A DNA stretch of 64,000 bases from Heteronotia binoei. Its lineage: Eukaryota. Below are positions 23,616-35,956 of the stretch, in pieces. The first letter of the stretch is position 1; each line of letters begins with the position of its first letter. Under the pieces are notes generated by a model that worked only from the letters and a program-made list of their open reading frames with translations, ran no database searches and was not told the origin of the DNA. Where the stretch lies: assembly GCF_032191835.1 (NCBI RefSeq), contig NC_083232.1, positions 69,750,001-69,814,000 on the forward strand, given 5' to 3'. The translations under genes and the position numbers were made by a program.

Positions 23616-25470
23616 TATACGTATCTTAATACCTGAGTTTAGAAATGAACAAAACAGTAGTTCATCAGCATGTCTATGACAGATGATGGGGGTCCCTGTT
23701 TTACTCCTTACAAAAATATTAATAATAATAAAATTAGGAAGCCTTGCTTCTGATACAGTAATCTTCTTCCGCCACCACCAACACAAACACCTCTGCTGGG
23801 AGATGAAGATAACCTAGGGCAGGTACTTTTTTCAAATACAGATATTAACATTCAAGAGAACTGGTTTTTAAATAGAGCAATGAGGATGTCATTGGACTGG
23901 TTCAAAAGCCTCACAGAAATTGAAGACTCTGAATTGGTGACTCCTCAGAGTGTCAGCTCAGACAATTTCATGCTGTCAGCATAATCACATCATGTAATAG
24001 TTTCTTGAAACAATTAGTTCTGTAGGAAGGAAAGACCAGTAATCCAATAACAGTATTATTACTTTTATTAAAGACAGGGCAGGGGGAGATAAACTATATA
24101 TGGATTAAAGGGGCAGATGATCAAATCCTGCTCATTTACAGAGACTTTCATACTGCCCCTTCAAATCCACACAGATGATTCAGTTCTACTGGGACCTGGA
24201 AGCCTTTTCCCGCCATCTACTTTTACCACACTCAAGAATAGAACAAGAAAGAACAGGCAGCATCTTCACAGCATACCATCACACAATCAACTGGAGAATG
24301 GCTATCATCCTTCCAGCCCACCAATGAACAAGACACTTACCACCAGGGCTTTTTTTTGTAGCAGGAACTTCTTTGCATATTAGGCCACACACCCCTGATG
24401 TAGCCGATCCTCTAAGATCCTGTAATAAGAGCCCTGTAAGCTCTTGGATGATTGGGTACATCGGAGGGGTGTCCTAATATGCAAAGGAGACCCTGCTACA
24501 GAAAAAGCCCTGCTCCCCACCACATACCATCAAAACAATACTACAAAAAAGGAACTCCACAAGTACCTCTTCTGCTGGTCGCAATGTCACACTGGATCAC
24601 TACATAGAATGCTTTTGCCATAGAGTCCAAACCAATATGACCAACAAACAACATCATGTACAATTGAATCTCAGCTATGCTGAAAGGAAGGCCATAGACA
24701 GTCTCAGGAACAATCCAGATATTATAATTAAAGAGGCAGACAAAGGTGAGGCCATTGTCATCATGAATAGATTGGACTACATTCAGGAGGCTCAAAGACA
24801 ACTATCAAATACTGCTTTTTACAAACAACTGGACTCAGACCCCAAACAGAAATTTAAAAAAGAACTAAACAAGATTATAAAGGAATTGTTCCTGCACATT
24901 CAGGAACAAAATCCTTTCAGACTCACCACAGGAACCTCAACCAGGTACCTTTTATCTTCCACCCAAAATATACAAACCTGGTGACCCAGGATGCCCCATT
25001 GTCTTAGGCATAGGCACTATCACAATGGGAGTATCTGGATATATGGACTGTTCTAAAACCCTATGCCAGTGGCGGCGAACCTATGGCACGGGTTCTAGAG
25101 GCGGCACTCGGAGCCCTCTCTGTGGGCACGTGCACTTCCTCATCCCCCCCACCCCGCGCACAAGGCTCTGGAGTCATATCTCATTGAAGCTCTTCCTCTC
25201 CCCAAACTCAGGCTCCTTCCCCCAAATCTCCAGGTATTTCCTGACCCAAACCTAGCAACCCTAACTGGGCCTCCTTCAGAGAAACAACAGGGTACTCCAA
25301 TCGTTTTGAGCTCATGGGTACCTTTGGAATTCTGACTTTGGGGGGAGGGGTGCAACCACAATGCAGCCCCCAAGCACAACACACAAAGGAAAATTCCTTG
25401 CAGGTGTTCCTGCAGTTTTAGGGAGGGGGTTAGATGGGACCCACTAGGTCAGGGGTGGCCAAACTTGCTT

Positions 25471-25986
25471 GCTCTATATGGCCGAGGACCTGCCTACCTT
25501 AGGGACCGCCTCTCCCCATATGTTCCCCAGAGAGCACTGAGATCTAGCTCTCAAAACCTTTTAAAAATCCCTGGGCCAAGAGAGGCTAGACTGAAGACAA
25601 CCAGGGAGTGAGCCTTTTCAGCAATGGCCCCTCGATGGTGGAATCAACTTCCAGAGATGGTACGAGCCCTGCGGGACCTGAATCAATTCCGCAGGGCTTG
25701 CAAAACCATTCTCTTTCAGCTTGCTTTTAAGACAGAACCTGGCTAAACTGACTTGTAACCACCTAGCCATCTTATGTACGATTGTGATCTATAGCACCTC
25801 AACTAATTTTAATTCCATAATAGCTATTTATTTATTTTAACCAACTTATGTAACTGAATTGTATTTTAAATTTGCTTGTCTAGATTGTATTTTATTCAAA
25901 TCATGGTATTCCATGTCTGTGAGCCGCCCTGAGCCCGCCTTTGGCGGGGGAGGGCGGGATATAAAAATAAATTTACTTACTTACTT
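25471..25986 (+). mobile_element. L2 LINE 3' fragment with (TTAC)n tail
   Basis: Encodes YLRDRLSPYVPQRALRS...RERAFSAMAPRWWNQLP...FRRACKTILFQLAF*, followed by a 3' UTR gtgagccgccctgagcccgcc...gggcgggatataa and a ttac repeat tail. Confidence 0.85.
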
Positions 25987-26034
25987 AACATAAGAACCAC
26001 ATAGAATAAATGTCATATGTGTGAGAGCCACTAG

Positions 26035-26191
26035 NNNNNNNNNNNNNNNNNNNNNNNNNNNNNNNNNNNNNNNNNNNNNNNNNNNNNNNNNNNNNNNNNN
26101 NNNNNNNNNNNNNNNNNNNNNNNNNNNNNNNNNNNNNNNNNNNNNNNNNNNNNNNNNNNNNNNNNNNNNNNNNNNNNNNNNNNNNNNNNNN
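26035..26191. other. Assembly gap (157 N)
   Basis: Run of n characters. Confidence 1.
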
Positions 26192-27429
26192 AGAGGTGGA
26201 AAGAAACAGAAAGCAACTTGAACTTTAAATGCATTCTCCAAGCCACTGGCTGGCTTGACTTGAAGTGGTTTAAAGAGACAAATGCCTTCTCTGATGAGGA
26301 TTTCAAGAGCCACACGATGGGTGTGAAAGAGCCACATGTGACTCCTAAGCCACAGTTTGGCTACCCCTGCACCAGAGAGATGGGTATAAGGCAGCTTCAC
26401 ATTTTCATGTGGCCAAGACCTGATTGCGTGTCATATTTAAAAACTATTGTGGCACAGTCCAAGCCGAAGGGAAGAAGAGAGCATGAGTGTGTGAAGATGG
26501 AGAGGGGGGAGATCAGGACCTTGAATCAAGCACATTTTTTGAAGGCATGTGGGTTTATTACAGGAAATGTTGAATCCCACTAATCTGGCAGAAACAGCGG
26601 CCAGGATCGCCTCTGGTTTAGGAGTGGAAAGGGAGGAACTGCAGGCTTCCTTGCTTTCAAATACGATGCTTCTAATAGCAGTATCTGAGCAGAGCTCTTT
26701 CAAGCTACAGGAACCATAAGGCAAATTCTAGATAAGCTGTTTTTGAACTCTTGCACTGCTGTTCTGGTTTCTCAGAGCATCCCTGACAAGTATTTGTTCA
26801 TCCGCTACTTAAAGACTGCCATTGAGGGGGTTGATTGGACTATTGAACAACTCTTACTGTTAAAAAGTTTTTCCTATGCCAGTCCTCTCCTCTGCTGCCA
26901 GCAGGAACAGCTCCCTGCCCCTCTAAGTGGTAGCCCTTCTAATACTTCAAAAGAGCAATCACGTCTCCCCCCTCAACCTCCTCTTCTCCAGACTGAATAT
27001 CCCCAAGTCCCTTAACCTTTCCTCATTGGACTTGCTCTCCATGGTTACTTGGAAGTAATCTACAGTGAGCACTGTGGCACCTACGCTCTACACATGCACA
27101 GGATTGCAGTTTTAGTTTAAAGAAATAAGAAGATATTGGATTTATATCCCGCCCTCCACTCCAAAGAGTCTCAGAGCGGCTCACAATCTCCTTTATCTTC
27201 CTCCCCCACAACAGGCACCCTGTGAGGTAGGTGGGGCTGAGAGAAGCTCTTCCAGAAGTTGCCCTATCAAGGACAGCTCTGTGATAGCTATGGCTGACCC
27301 AAGGCCATTCCAGCAGCTGAAAGTGGAGGAGTGGGGAATCAAACCCAGTTCTCACAGATAAGAGTCCACACACTTAACCTCTACACCAAACTCTCTCCTT
27401 TCTCACATCAGACTTTCTAGTTAATACAA

Positions 27430-27635
27430 TTCAGACTATCCCTGAAGTTTCCAAGGGTAGCCATGCTGGTCCATAGTAGAACAACTAGATTCGAGCCCAG
27501 GAGCACCTTAGAGATCAACAAGATTTGGGGGAGGGGGCACAAGCTTTCCAGCATTAGAGCTCCCTCGATTAGATAAAAGGACCTTTGACTCTCAAAAATC
27601 TTGTTCTCTAAGGTGCTGCTGGACTCAGATTTAGC
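27430..27635. mobile_element. Inverted pair of Penelope-type terminal-repeat fragments (second pLTR subfamily, hammerhead core deleted)
   Basis: gagcccaggagcaccttagagatcaacaagattt...aagctttc and ctttgactctcaaaaatcttgttctctaaggtgctgctggactc are mutually reverse-complementary and resemble the cttaaaggtgcc...ggactc pLTR ends. Confidence 0.55.
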
Positions 27636-29476
27636 CATATAAATCAGTGGACTCCTTTCATCAACTTAATTTATTAACTAATATTATGTATCCCCTGCCT
27701 TCCTCCCCCAAAAGGACGCTGAAGTGGTTTGACACACTCTCCCCTTCTCTTTTATCCTCACAACAAACCTATGAGGTGGGTTAACTCAGTGTATATTACT
27801 GGTCCAAGGTTTCCCAGCAAGCTGCCAGGGCAGAGTGGGCATATGAATCAGGACCTCCCAGATCTGATTTGGACACCCTTACCAGCAGCTCCTACTAAAC
27901 ACACTATATTTTAATGTATTCTTTCTCCCTAATGGTAAACTAGAATGATGTTTAGAATATATGTTACATGTTCAAAAGTAAATTAGTTGGACAGAAACAC
28001 CTCTGGGAAAGGCATGTTCTCAGTTTAACCCAGACTTACAAGCAACAGAGCAATGAACAGCCTCCATTTATTGCCTTATGACACTCTCACCATCATTCTC
28101 CCATTCTGACATGTTACTATTTTGTTGGTTTCCTAAGCAAATGCTATCCAGACCAAATGTTTTTTCTGTTTGTTAATTTCACTATGAGTTGTTTTTTCTA
28201 AACTAAAACCTCAGTATTCAGGTTAAATTGCCTTGTTGGCACTTTGCAATAAATAAGTGGGTTTTGGATTGCAGTTTGGGCACTTGGTCTCTAAAAGGTT
28301 CGCCATCACTGCCCTATGCCATCAACACTCATAGTTATGTGCACAACACCACAGACTTTCTGAGGAAAATACAATCTTTGAAAAATGTTCCAAAGAATAC
28401 TATTTTAGCCACAATGGATGTGGAATCTCTGTATACCAACATCCCACACAAAGATGGATTACAAGCCATAAGGAATATGATTTCTGACAATACCGCAGCT
28501 GACTTTGCCACCAAACTCTGTCATTTTGTTCTCACCCATAACAACTTTAAATTTGGTGACAACTTGATCCTATAGGTCAGTGGTATGACTTTCTCCCCAT
28601 GGGTACCTGCATGGCCCCACAGTATACTAACATCTTTATGGCTGACTTGGAGCAACTCTTCTTAAATTTCCACCTACTCCCACCACTCTTATTCCTATGA
28701 TACATTAATGACATTTTTATTGTCTGGACACATGGTAAAGAAGCCCTGGACATATTCCACCAGGCACTCAATGACTTTCACCCCACTTTCAACCTGACAA
28801 TGAATCAATCTATGCAAGAAATAAATTTCTGAACACTAGTGTAAAAATACACAATGGACGCATAAACATCAGTTATACCTGGAAACTTACTGACTGAGAA
28901 ACATACCTACGTGCCTCCAGCCACCATCCTAAACATATTAAATGATCCATTGTATTAAACTAGGCTCTACACTACAGCCGCACCTGCTCCACTCCTACAG
29001 ACAGAGATTCTCACCTGAGAATCTACAACAAACCTTTTTGGAACTAATGTATCCACCTGATGAAGTCAAGAAACAGATTAACAAGGCTAGAATAGAACCT
29101 AAAGAAAAACTATTGCAAGACAAGCCCAATAGAGACAATAACAGAACACCATTGGAACAGATTTGAGTCCAGTGACACCTTTAAGATCAAGAAGAAGAAT
29201 ATATTGGATTTATATCCCGCCCTCCACGCCGAATAGTCTCACAGCGGCTCACAATCTCCTTTACCTTCCTCCCCCACAACAGACACCCTGTGAGGTGGGT
29301 GGGGCTGGAGAGGGCTCTCACAGCAGCTGCCCTTTCAAGGACAACCTCTGCCAGAGCTATGGCTGACCCAAGGCCATGCCAGCAGGTGCAAGTGGAGGAG
29401 TGGGGAATCAAACCTGGTTCTTCCAGATAAGAGTCTGCACACTTACCTACTACACCAAACTGAAAGTTTATTTAAG

Positions 29477-29514
29477 ATATGAGCTTTCATGTGCATGCAC
29501 ACTTCTTCAGATAC
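29477..29514 (-). ncRNA. Minimal type I hammerhead ribozyme (Penelope pLTR), intact core
   Basis: Minus strand: GUAU CUGAAGA A GUGUGCAUGCACAU GAAA GCU C AUAU. Stem I GUAU/AUAU, self-complementary stem II, palindromic AGCU stem III, CUC cleavage triplet (after 29481). Confidence 0.8.
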
Positions 29515-32500
29515 ACCATTAGTGATTGCATACAGCTCTCAACTCAAAACAGCTCAACCTATCGTCAGTGACTTACAACCTCTGCTGCATAAGTTCTCTT
29601 TCACAAGTACTGAAGGACAAACCTTTTCCTGCATCCAGACAGCCCCCCAATCTCAAACAACTCCTCACCCACATTAATACAACATTTGAACATAGACACA
29701 GATAACAGAGCTTGCAATAAACCCAGATGCCAACTTTGCTGCCACATACACCCAGACAACACAGTCACTGGACCTAACAAAATCAACTACACCATCTCAG
29801 GTGTATTTGCCTGCTCATCTTCTAATATTGTATATGCCATTATATGCCAACAATGTCCCTCTGTTCTCTACATAGGTCAGATCCTACTCCGAAGGATAAC
29901 AGACACAAATATGACAAAAAGAATCACAAAACCAAGAAACCTATAAGAGAACATTTATACCTCCCAGGGCACTCAATTGGTGACCTCAAAGTAGTTTTTT
30001 TTTTATTGCAAAAGACTTTCAGTAGCAGACTGGAACAGGAGACTGCTGAATTACAAGTTATTACAACACTAAGGACAATGGAACTTCCAGGGCTTAATAG
30101 AGATATTGGGCTTTTATCTCACTATACATGCTAAGTCACTCATTTCTCACTTATGCCCTAAATTAAACTTTGTCGGTCTTAAAGGTGCCACAGGACTCAA
30201 ACATCTGTTATTAAGTGCTTTATTATTTGTGTGCCAGTTTGCTGCTATTCACAGATTTTAGCAAGCATGTTATTCCAATCTTAGCTGTATTTATTGCTCA
30301 GTTACTTATTCATCTTAATTATAATCAGCACTTCCTGGCAACTAAGCCTCCCACCTACATGCAACATTTGAGGAAATCTGTTTCAATGTATCTAATGGGA
30401 GACCGCCAAAGGGGACCTCCAATTTCTTTGGGGGGCTCCCACTAGGGATACCAGCCTCAGATTGGGAAATACCTGGAAATTCTGGGGTTTGGGGAAGGGA
30501 GGTATTATGCCATGGAGTCCGCCTTCCAAAGCAGCCATTTGCCTCATATGAACTGATTATCATGGATTTTTTCCCCTAAATGATAGAGCATACCCATCCC
30601 CCGGCAATATGCCTGGTGCAATAGCTTCATTCCGGATGATGTCATCACTCTGGGCACGTCACAGTGTGTCAGGGCTCTTTGGGGGTGGGGCTTTCCCTAC
30701 CAGTCAGCTCCGTGGCAGTAGGTTGGGGCCCCAGAAACCAGGGGAACCCCCACCCCCTGGCAGGAAGTTGGGAACCTACCTGGAGGTTGGCAACCATATC
30801 TCCCATCCAAACACTAACCAGGGCTGACCTTGCTTAGTTTCCAAGATCTGACAAGACTGGGCTATTCTGGGTTGTCCTACCCCTCTGGAATAAGAACTGA
30901 TAGCCTCTGGAACTGTTATCGTTTCTGTAGTTCCAAGCACCTAGCATAACTCCACAAAAACTGACAATCAATCTAGGGAGAAAGGCAACAAAGCAAAGCA
31001 CCCATCAGAAAACTGCTCTGAAGATATCAGAGCTTTGGATTCAATATAAAGCATAGAAAATGAAGGGAGCAGTGAGCTTCAGTACATCCTTCCTGGCATT
31101 GTTTTCCTGGAGTCAGAGTGGCACCTAATGGTTGTAAAGGTGTATTACCAACTCATACATTTTATTTGGGACACGGCCTTGGCTGCAGACCAGCACTTAC
31201 ACAACATCCCGGGAGTCTAAAAAATCGGTGTATAATGACCCAGTGGTGAGGTGGGAGGAAGCTCTCTGTCATGGAGGGGGCAACAGCTAGCACAATAATT
31301 ACTCAGAAATGTTAACGCTGCTCAGAGAGGGCAAGTTACAAATGCTTAAGCTGTCAATTCACGGCAATCAATTCAAGAGTATTCTTTTAAAAATACGATA
31401 TTGAAAGCAGAAATAGCAAAAATGTCAGAGATTAAAAGGCAGCAATGAATAATTAAATGTGAACTTCTGTCTGAGGTTGCATTAATTTCCTCTGTTTGCT
31501 GTAGAGTTCCCGCTAAAATCATGTACTTGAGCACCAGCGTTGGCAGTAGTCTGCTTGCAGGTGTTGATGCCAGCTGAGCACTTTGACAATCATCCACAGA
31601 GCACTTCTAGAATGGGATATGATTTTTGGCCCAAATCTTCACTCAGTTGCTGTTTCACTGCTTGGAAAATGTCATTCTGCAATGATGTTCTTTGGGTGTC
31701 AATCTAAAAGCAATGATGCCAGACTGTAGTCCTATTAACAATGATATAATACCAAAGTACAATAGAGATGGCAAGGATTTTAACTGGCCTAAATAATGTG
31801 TCTAAATAATACGACATAGAACAACATTGTCAAAAGCAACCCTCTTAGGCAGTGTAGAAATGCACCTGCATGTCTATTAAAGTTGGCTACTGTGGGGTTT
31901 TGCAAATAGAGAACTGGACATGCATTGACCTTTTCCAAACCATGCAAATGTTGTAGAGGAGTTGCTGGGCTGGCCCAGCCCCATGGAATGCACAGAAATA
32001 CAACACAGTGTTCTCAGTTAAGGGACCTGAGCTGATTTAAGCATTTTAATTAGCATTTCTGCAAAAAAAAAACCCAACCAAAAAACAATAGCACCCAAGG
32101 TGATTTATTTAACATATTTATTTGCATACAGACAACATTGCCTACTTTCCTGAGTAATAGGGTACCCCAGGGCAGAGCTATCAGGCTGGTTTGGAGGAGA
32201 AAGTGCTGGACTCATGTAATGTTTCTGGTAACATGTGCTATATTTACAAATATACTAGAGTGCAGGTGGAGACAGAGATACATACATCCACACAGGGCAG
32301 CTACTCTGTTGCCCCACATCTGATCCTCAGAAAGATACTGCCCTCCAAACCAGCTCAAAAGATCTTTCTAAACCAAAACATGCTGGCACATATGCTCACC
32401 TCCAGCCATCATCTGGGAGGGGTGACGGGTCACCTTCTTCAAGTTCTCATGGATCAGGACAGAGTTGTCCTAATGACCATTAATAATAACATTTAGTTAT

Positions 32501-35500
32501 TTCTCTTCATTGATAGCTTGCCTTTCTCACTGAGGTTACAAGAAGGTTACAGAAGAAGACAATGCAGTGATGACCAGTAGGATACAGACTTTATTTGTAG
32601 GAAAAGCCCAGCAGGAACTTGTTTGCAAATTAGGCCACATCCCCTGATGCCACACAGGTCTTTTTTGTAAAAAACAAAAAACAGTCCAGCAGGAACTCAT
32701 TTGCATATTAGGCCACACCCCTGATGCCAAGCCAACTGGAACCGCATTCCTGCTCAAAAAACCCCCTGCAACACAGCATTCAGTAAAACTGGATTACAGA
32801 ATTAAAGAACACTGAAATAAAAGAACAGTGTAATATATCCAATACACAATGCAGAGGGGGAAAACCTACCCTGGCTCTCAGCAAGTGTACCAGTTTGGTC
32901 CTAGTCTATTAACTATAACCAAAGAGCAAGCCTACAACAATACTTTCACTTATTGGTATTCTAGGCAAAAGATGTGCATTCTCTCCCCTCCCCTTTAGAA
33001 TAAAAACTAACAACAGCTGTGAAGAGCTCCCCATTCTGATCAGGGCTGGTGGTGCTCGGTGTGCCCTGTGAGTGTTACCTCATGCCCCTCATAGTTTTCC
33101 TGATGCAAATCACCTACACTGCACACCCCTGACATCACCATTGTTTCGCACAGCAGGGACTAATTTGCATATTAGGCCATGCCCCTGACATCACCATTGT
33201 TTCACACAGGGCTTTTTTGTAGAAAAAGCCCAGCAGGAACTTATTTGCATATTAGGCCACACCCCATGATGCCAAGCCAGTGGGAACTGTGTTCCTGTGC
33301 ATTCCTGCATTAAAAAGAAAGCCTTAATGTGGGATATAATGACTGAACAGATGTATCAGAAATTGCTTGTATATAAAATCATTTTGCCTATACTAATTTA
33401 TAAGCAAGAATTGCTGCCAAAATGATTCATGGAGAACAATGAGGGGAGGTCCAATACAGTAAATCTCAACAGGAACAATGACCAAAATAAATTTGTCATA
33501 GCCAAAGCCTTATTTACTTTCTCTGCTAGTTATTTATTACTGCATGCGTTTACAGAGTTATAGCTTGATTTGCTTTACTGGCTGCCAGTGTTCCCTCTAA
33601 AATGAGTTAGTGTGAGCTAGCTCACAGTTCTTTTAGCCTCCAGCTCACGCTTTTTTGTCTTAGCTCAGGAAAAATGGCCCCCAGAGCAAACTAAGTAGCT
33701 CACAATTTTAATGTCAGTAGCTCACAAAGTGGAATTTTTGCTCACAAGACTTCACAGCTTTGAGAGAGTATTGCTGGTCTCCCAGTACAATTTTAGCACA
33801 CATTGGAGAAATGTATATTTGGTTAGCTGTTTGTGATAAATAGGATGTTTGTGCTCATGTGAAAAAGCATCCAAATAATTAGTGGTTGCTGGAGACAACT
33901 TCACACAACTTAAATGGCTACAGTGCCATCAGCAGTTTTCGGAGATACTCTGGACCTAAAAGCAAGCCTCATTCAGCAGTACGGTGAGTGAACTGTCAAT
34001 TAGAAAAAGCTGGAATATTCTAAGCAGCCCAGTTTCAGCTCACCGATTTCTACTGAATTCAGTGGACAATAGTCTCCTAAATGTTTCCTATCCAGTAGCA
34101 TCAGGGAGGTCTTTTGCCTTTAACCTTTTTGAAAAACAGAGCTAGCAGATGAGTGCTGCATTTATTCTAGAGGTGAACTCACATGTTCAGGCTTCTGATT
34201 ACTGTGTTTGTCACGAATGACCATGTTGTGACTCTGCATTCACTGTCTACTATTTGTTTCTGTCAGGTTGTGAAGTACTCTGGGTGCTTGGAAGTGTTAA
34301 ACAACTCTTTTCACTTATTCACTTAATTCAGTGCTTCAGTCTCAAGTGTTCAGAGCACTTCACCTAAATTTTCTTATTGTAACTTTAAAACAACCTTTGC
34401 AAGTATGATTATCCTTGATTTGAAAATGGAGTGCTCAGCCTGGGAAAGACTAGTTGGCCTAAGGCTACCTGGTGAGATCATAACAAAAATAGTAAAGGTA
34501 GTCCCATGTGCAAGCACCAGTCATTTCCGACTCTGGGGTGACGTTGCAGACTTTTTACGAGGTGGTTTGCCATTGCCTTCCCTGTCATCTACACTTCCCT
34601 CCCAGCAAGCTGGGTACTCATTTTAGATATCTTCTTTTCCCCACCCCCTTCTTTTTTATCTGGCCAACAATATCCTTGTGAAGCACCTAGACTGAGAGAA
34701 TGTGATTGACATACACACCCAGGGAAATGCTGATTGCCTTTTTGGGGTCAGATAGTAACTTTTCTCCAGGCCAGTTTGGCAAGAGATCCTGGAGGTTTTT
34801 GCCATCTTCTGGGCATGCAGCAGGGGTCACTGGGGATGCATATGCGAGAGAGGCATTTGTGTATTTCCTGCATTGTGTAGAGATGACCCTGGAGGTCCCT
34901 TCCAAGTCTCTGATTCTATTATCTGAACCAGATTATTTACTTACTTCTTTATACTCCTCCTTTATCCCTCCCTGGAGATTCAAAATGCCCTACTTCGTTT
35001 TCCTTTCCTCCATTTTATCCTCTCAGGATCTCTGTGAGATAGGTCAGGTTGAGAGTCTGTGACTCAAGGTCGCCCAGCAATCTCCCATGGATGAGTAGGA
35101 ACTCAAACCTCTCCACATACTGTGGTCCCAATCCAAATCAGGTCCCTGCACTGCTTCAAACAGACCACTGAGGCTTCTCCCCTCCCCAGGGCCTGGAAAT
35201 CTTCCACAGTGACAACTGATTTCCATATTACAAGTTCCCCTAGAGAAAATGGCTGCTTTGGGGGGTGGTCTCACCAGCATTATTCACTTAATTCAATGCT
35301 TCAGTCTGAAGTTTCCAGAGCATTTCACCTAATTTTCTTGTGATAACCTTCAATAACCTTACAAGTATGATTATCCCTGTTTTGCAAACAGAGTGCTCAG
35401 CCTGAGACAGACTAGTTGGTGACCAGTTTGGTGTAGTGGTTAAGTGCACAGGCTCTTATTTGGGAGAACTGGGTTTTATTCTCTACTCTTCCACATGCAA

Positions 35501-35956
35501 TTGCTGGAATGATCTTGGGTCAGTCATAACTCTGTCAGAGGCTGTTCTGGAAAGAACAGTTTCTATCAGAGTTCTTAGCCCTACCTACCTCAGGGTGTAT
35601 GTTGTAGGGAGGAGAAGGGAAAGGAGATTGTAAATTGATCTGAGACTCCTTCAGGTAGTGAAGGGCAGGGTATAAATCCAATCTCTTCTTGTTCTTCTTC
35701 ATTGTATCCAGTGAGGTCCCTCTCTTCACCAGAGTTAAAAGTTGAAAGAGGCTTGTCATAGACTTATCGTTGCAGAACCGTAGAGCCGCATGTCTGCCTC
35801 CCACGCTTCGGCCCCTCTCTTCACCAAACACCGTCCTCCCCAGACTCTGTCCCTAAATCTCTGGGAGTTTTCCAACCTAGAATTGGCAACCTTACTTTAT
35901 TTTATTCTCACTTCAACTCTGTCAGGTAGGGTAGTCTGAGACTGTGTGAATTACAT

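Larger units (their letters stand above)
25450..26369. mobile_element. hAT MITE (CAGGGGTGGCCAAAC TIR) nested in the larger hAT; spans the assembly gap
   Basis: caggggtggccaaacttgctt...cagtttggctacccctg. The interior is homologous, in reverse, to the intact copy at 50501-50840. Confidence 0.7.
25067..28311. mobile_element. Non-autonomous hAT element inserted in the Penelope RT region
   Basis: TIRs cagtggcggcgaacc (25067) and ggttcgccatcactg (ends 28311). Perfect 8-bp TSD CCCTATGC at 25059-25066 and 28312-28319. The Penelope sequence resumes (LKPYA|INT) when it is removed. Confidence 0.92.
24140..30393 (+). mobile_element. Penelope-like retroelement (RT + GIY-YIG), fragmented by nested insertions; ORF pieces ~24140-24343, 24513-25066, 28320-29153, 29521-30134, then 3' UTR
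   Basis: Translations include NLSYAERKAIDSLRNNPDIIIKEADKG, TMDVESLYTNIPHKDGL, MGT, YIND (decayed YIDD), a Cys-rich linker CNKPRCQLCCHIH, VYAIICQQCPSVLYIGQ and ...ETAELQVITTLRT...GLNRD. It carries frameshifts and stops. Confidence 0.92.

Noticed and set aside
25981-26400. ORFs spanning the N run
   Set aside because: Artefacts of translating through the assembly gap.
33880-33990. Exon-like segment with strong donor CG|GTGAGT at 33984
   Set aside because: Weak acceptor, unknown peptide and no supporting partner exon. It may be a cryptic site.
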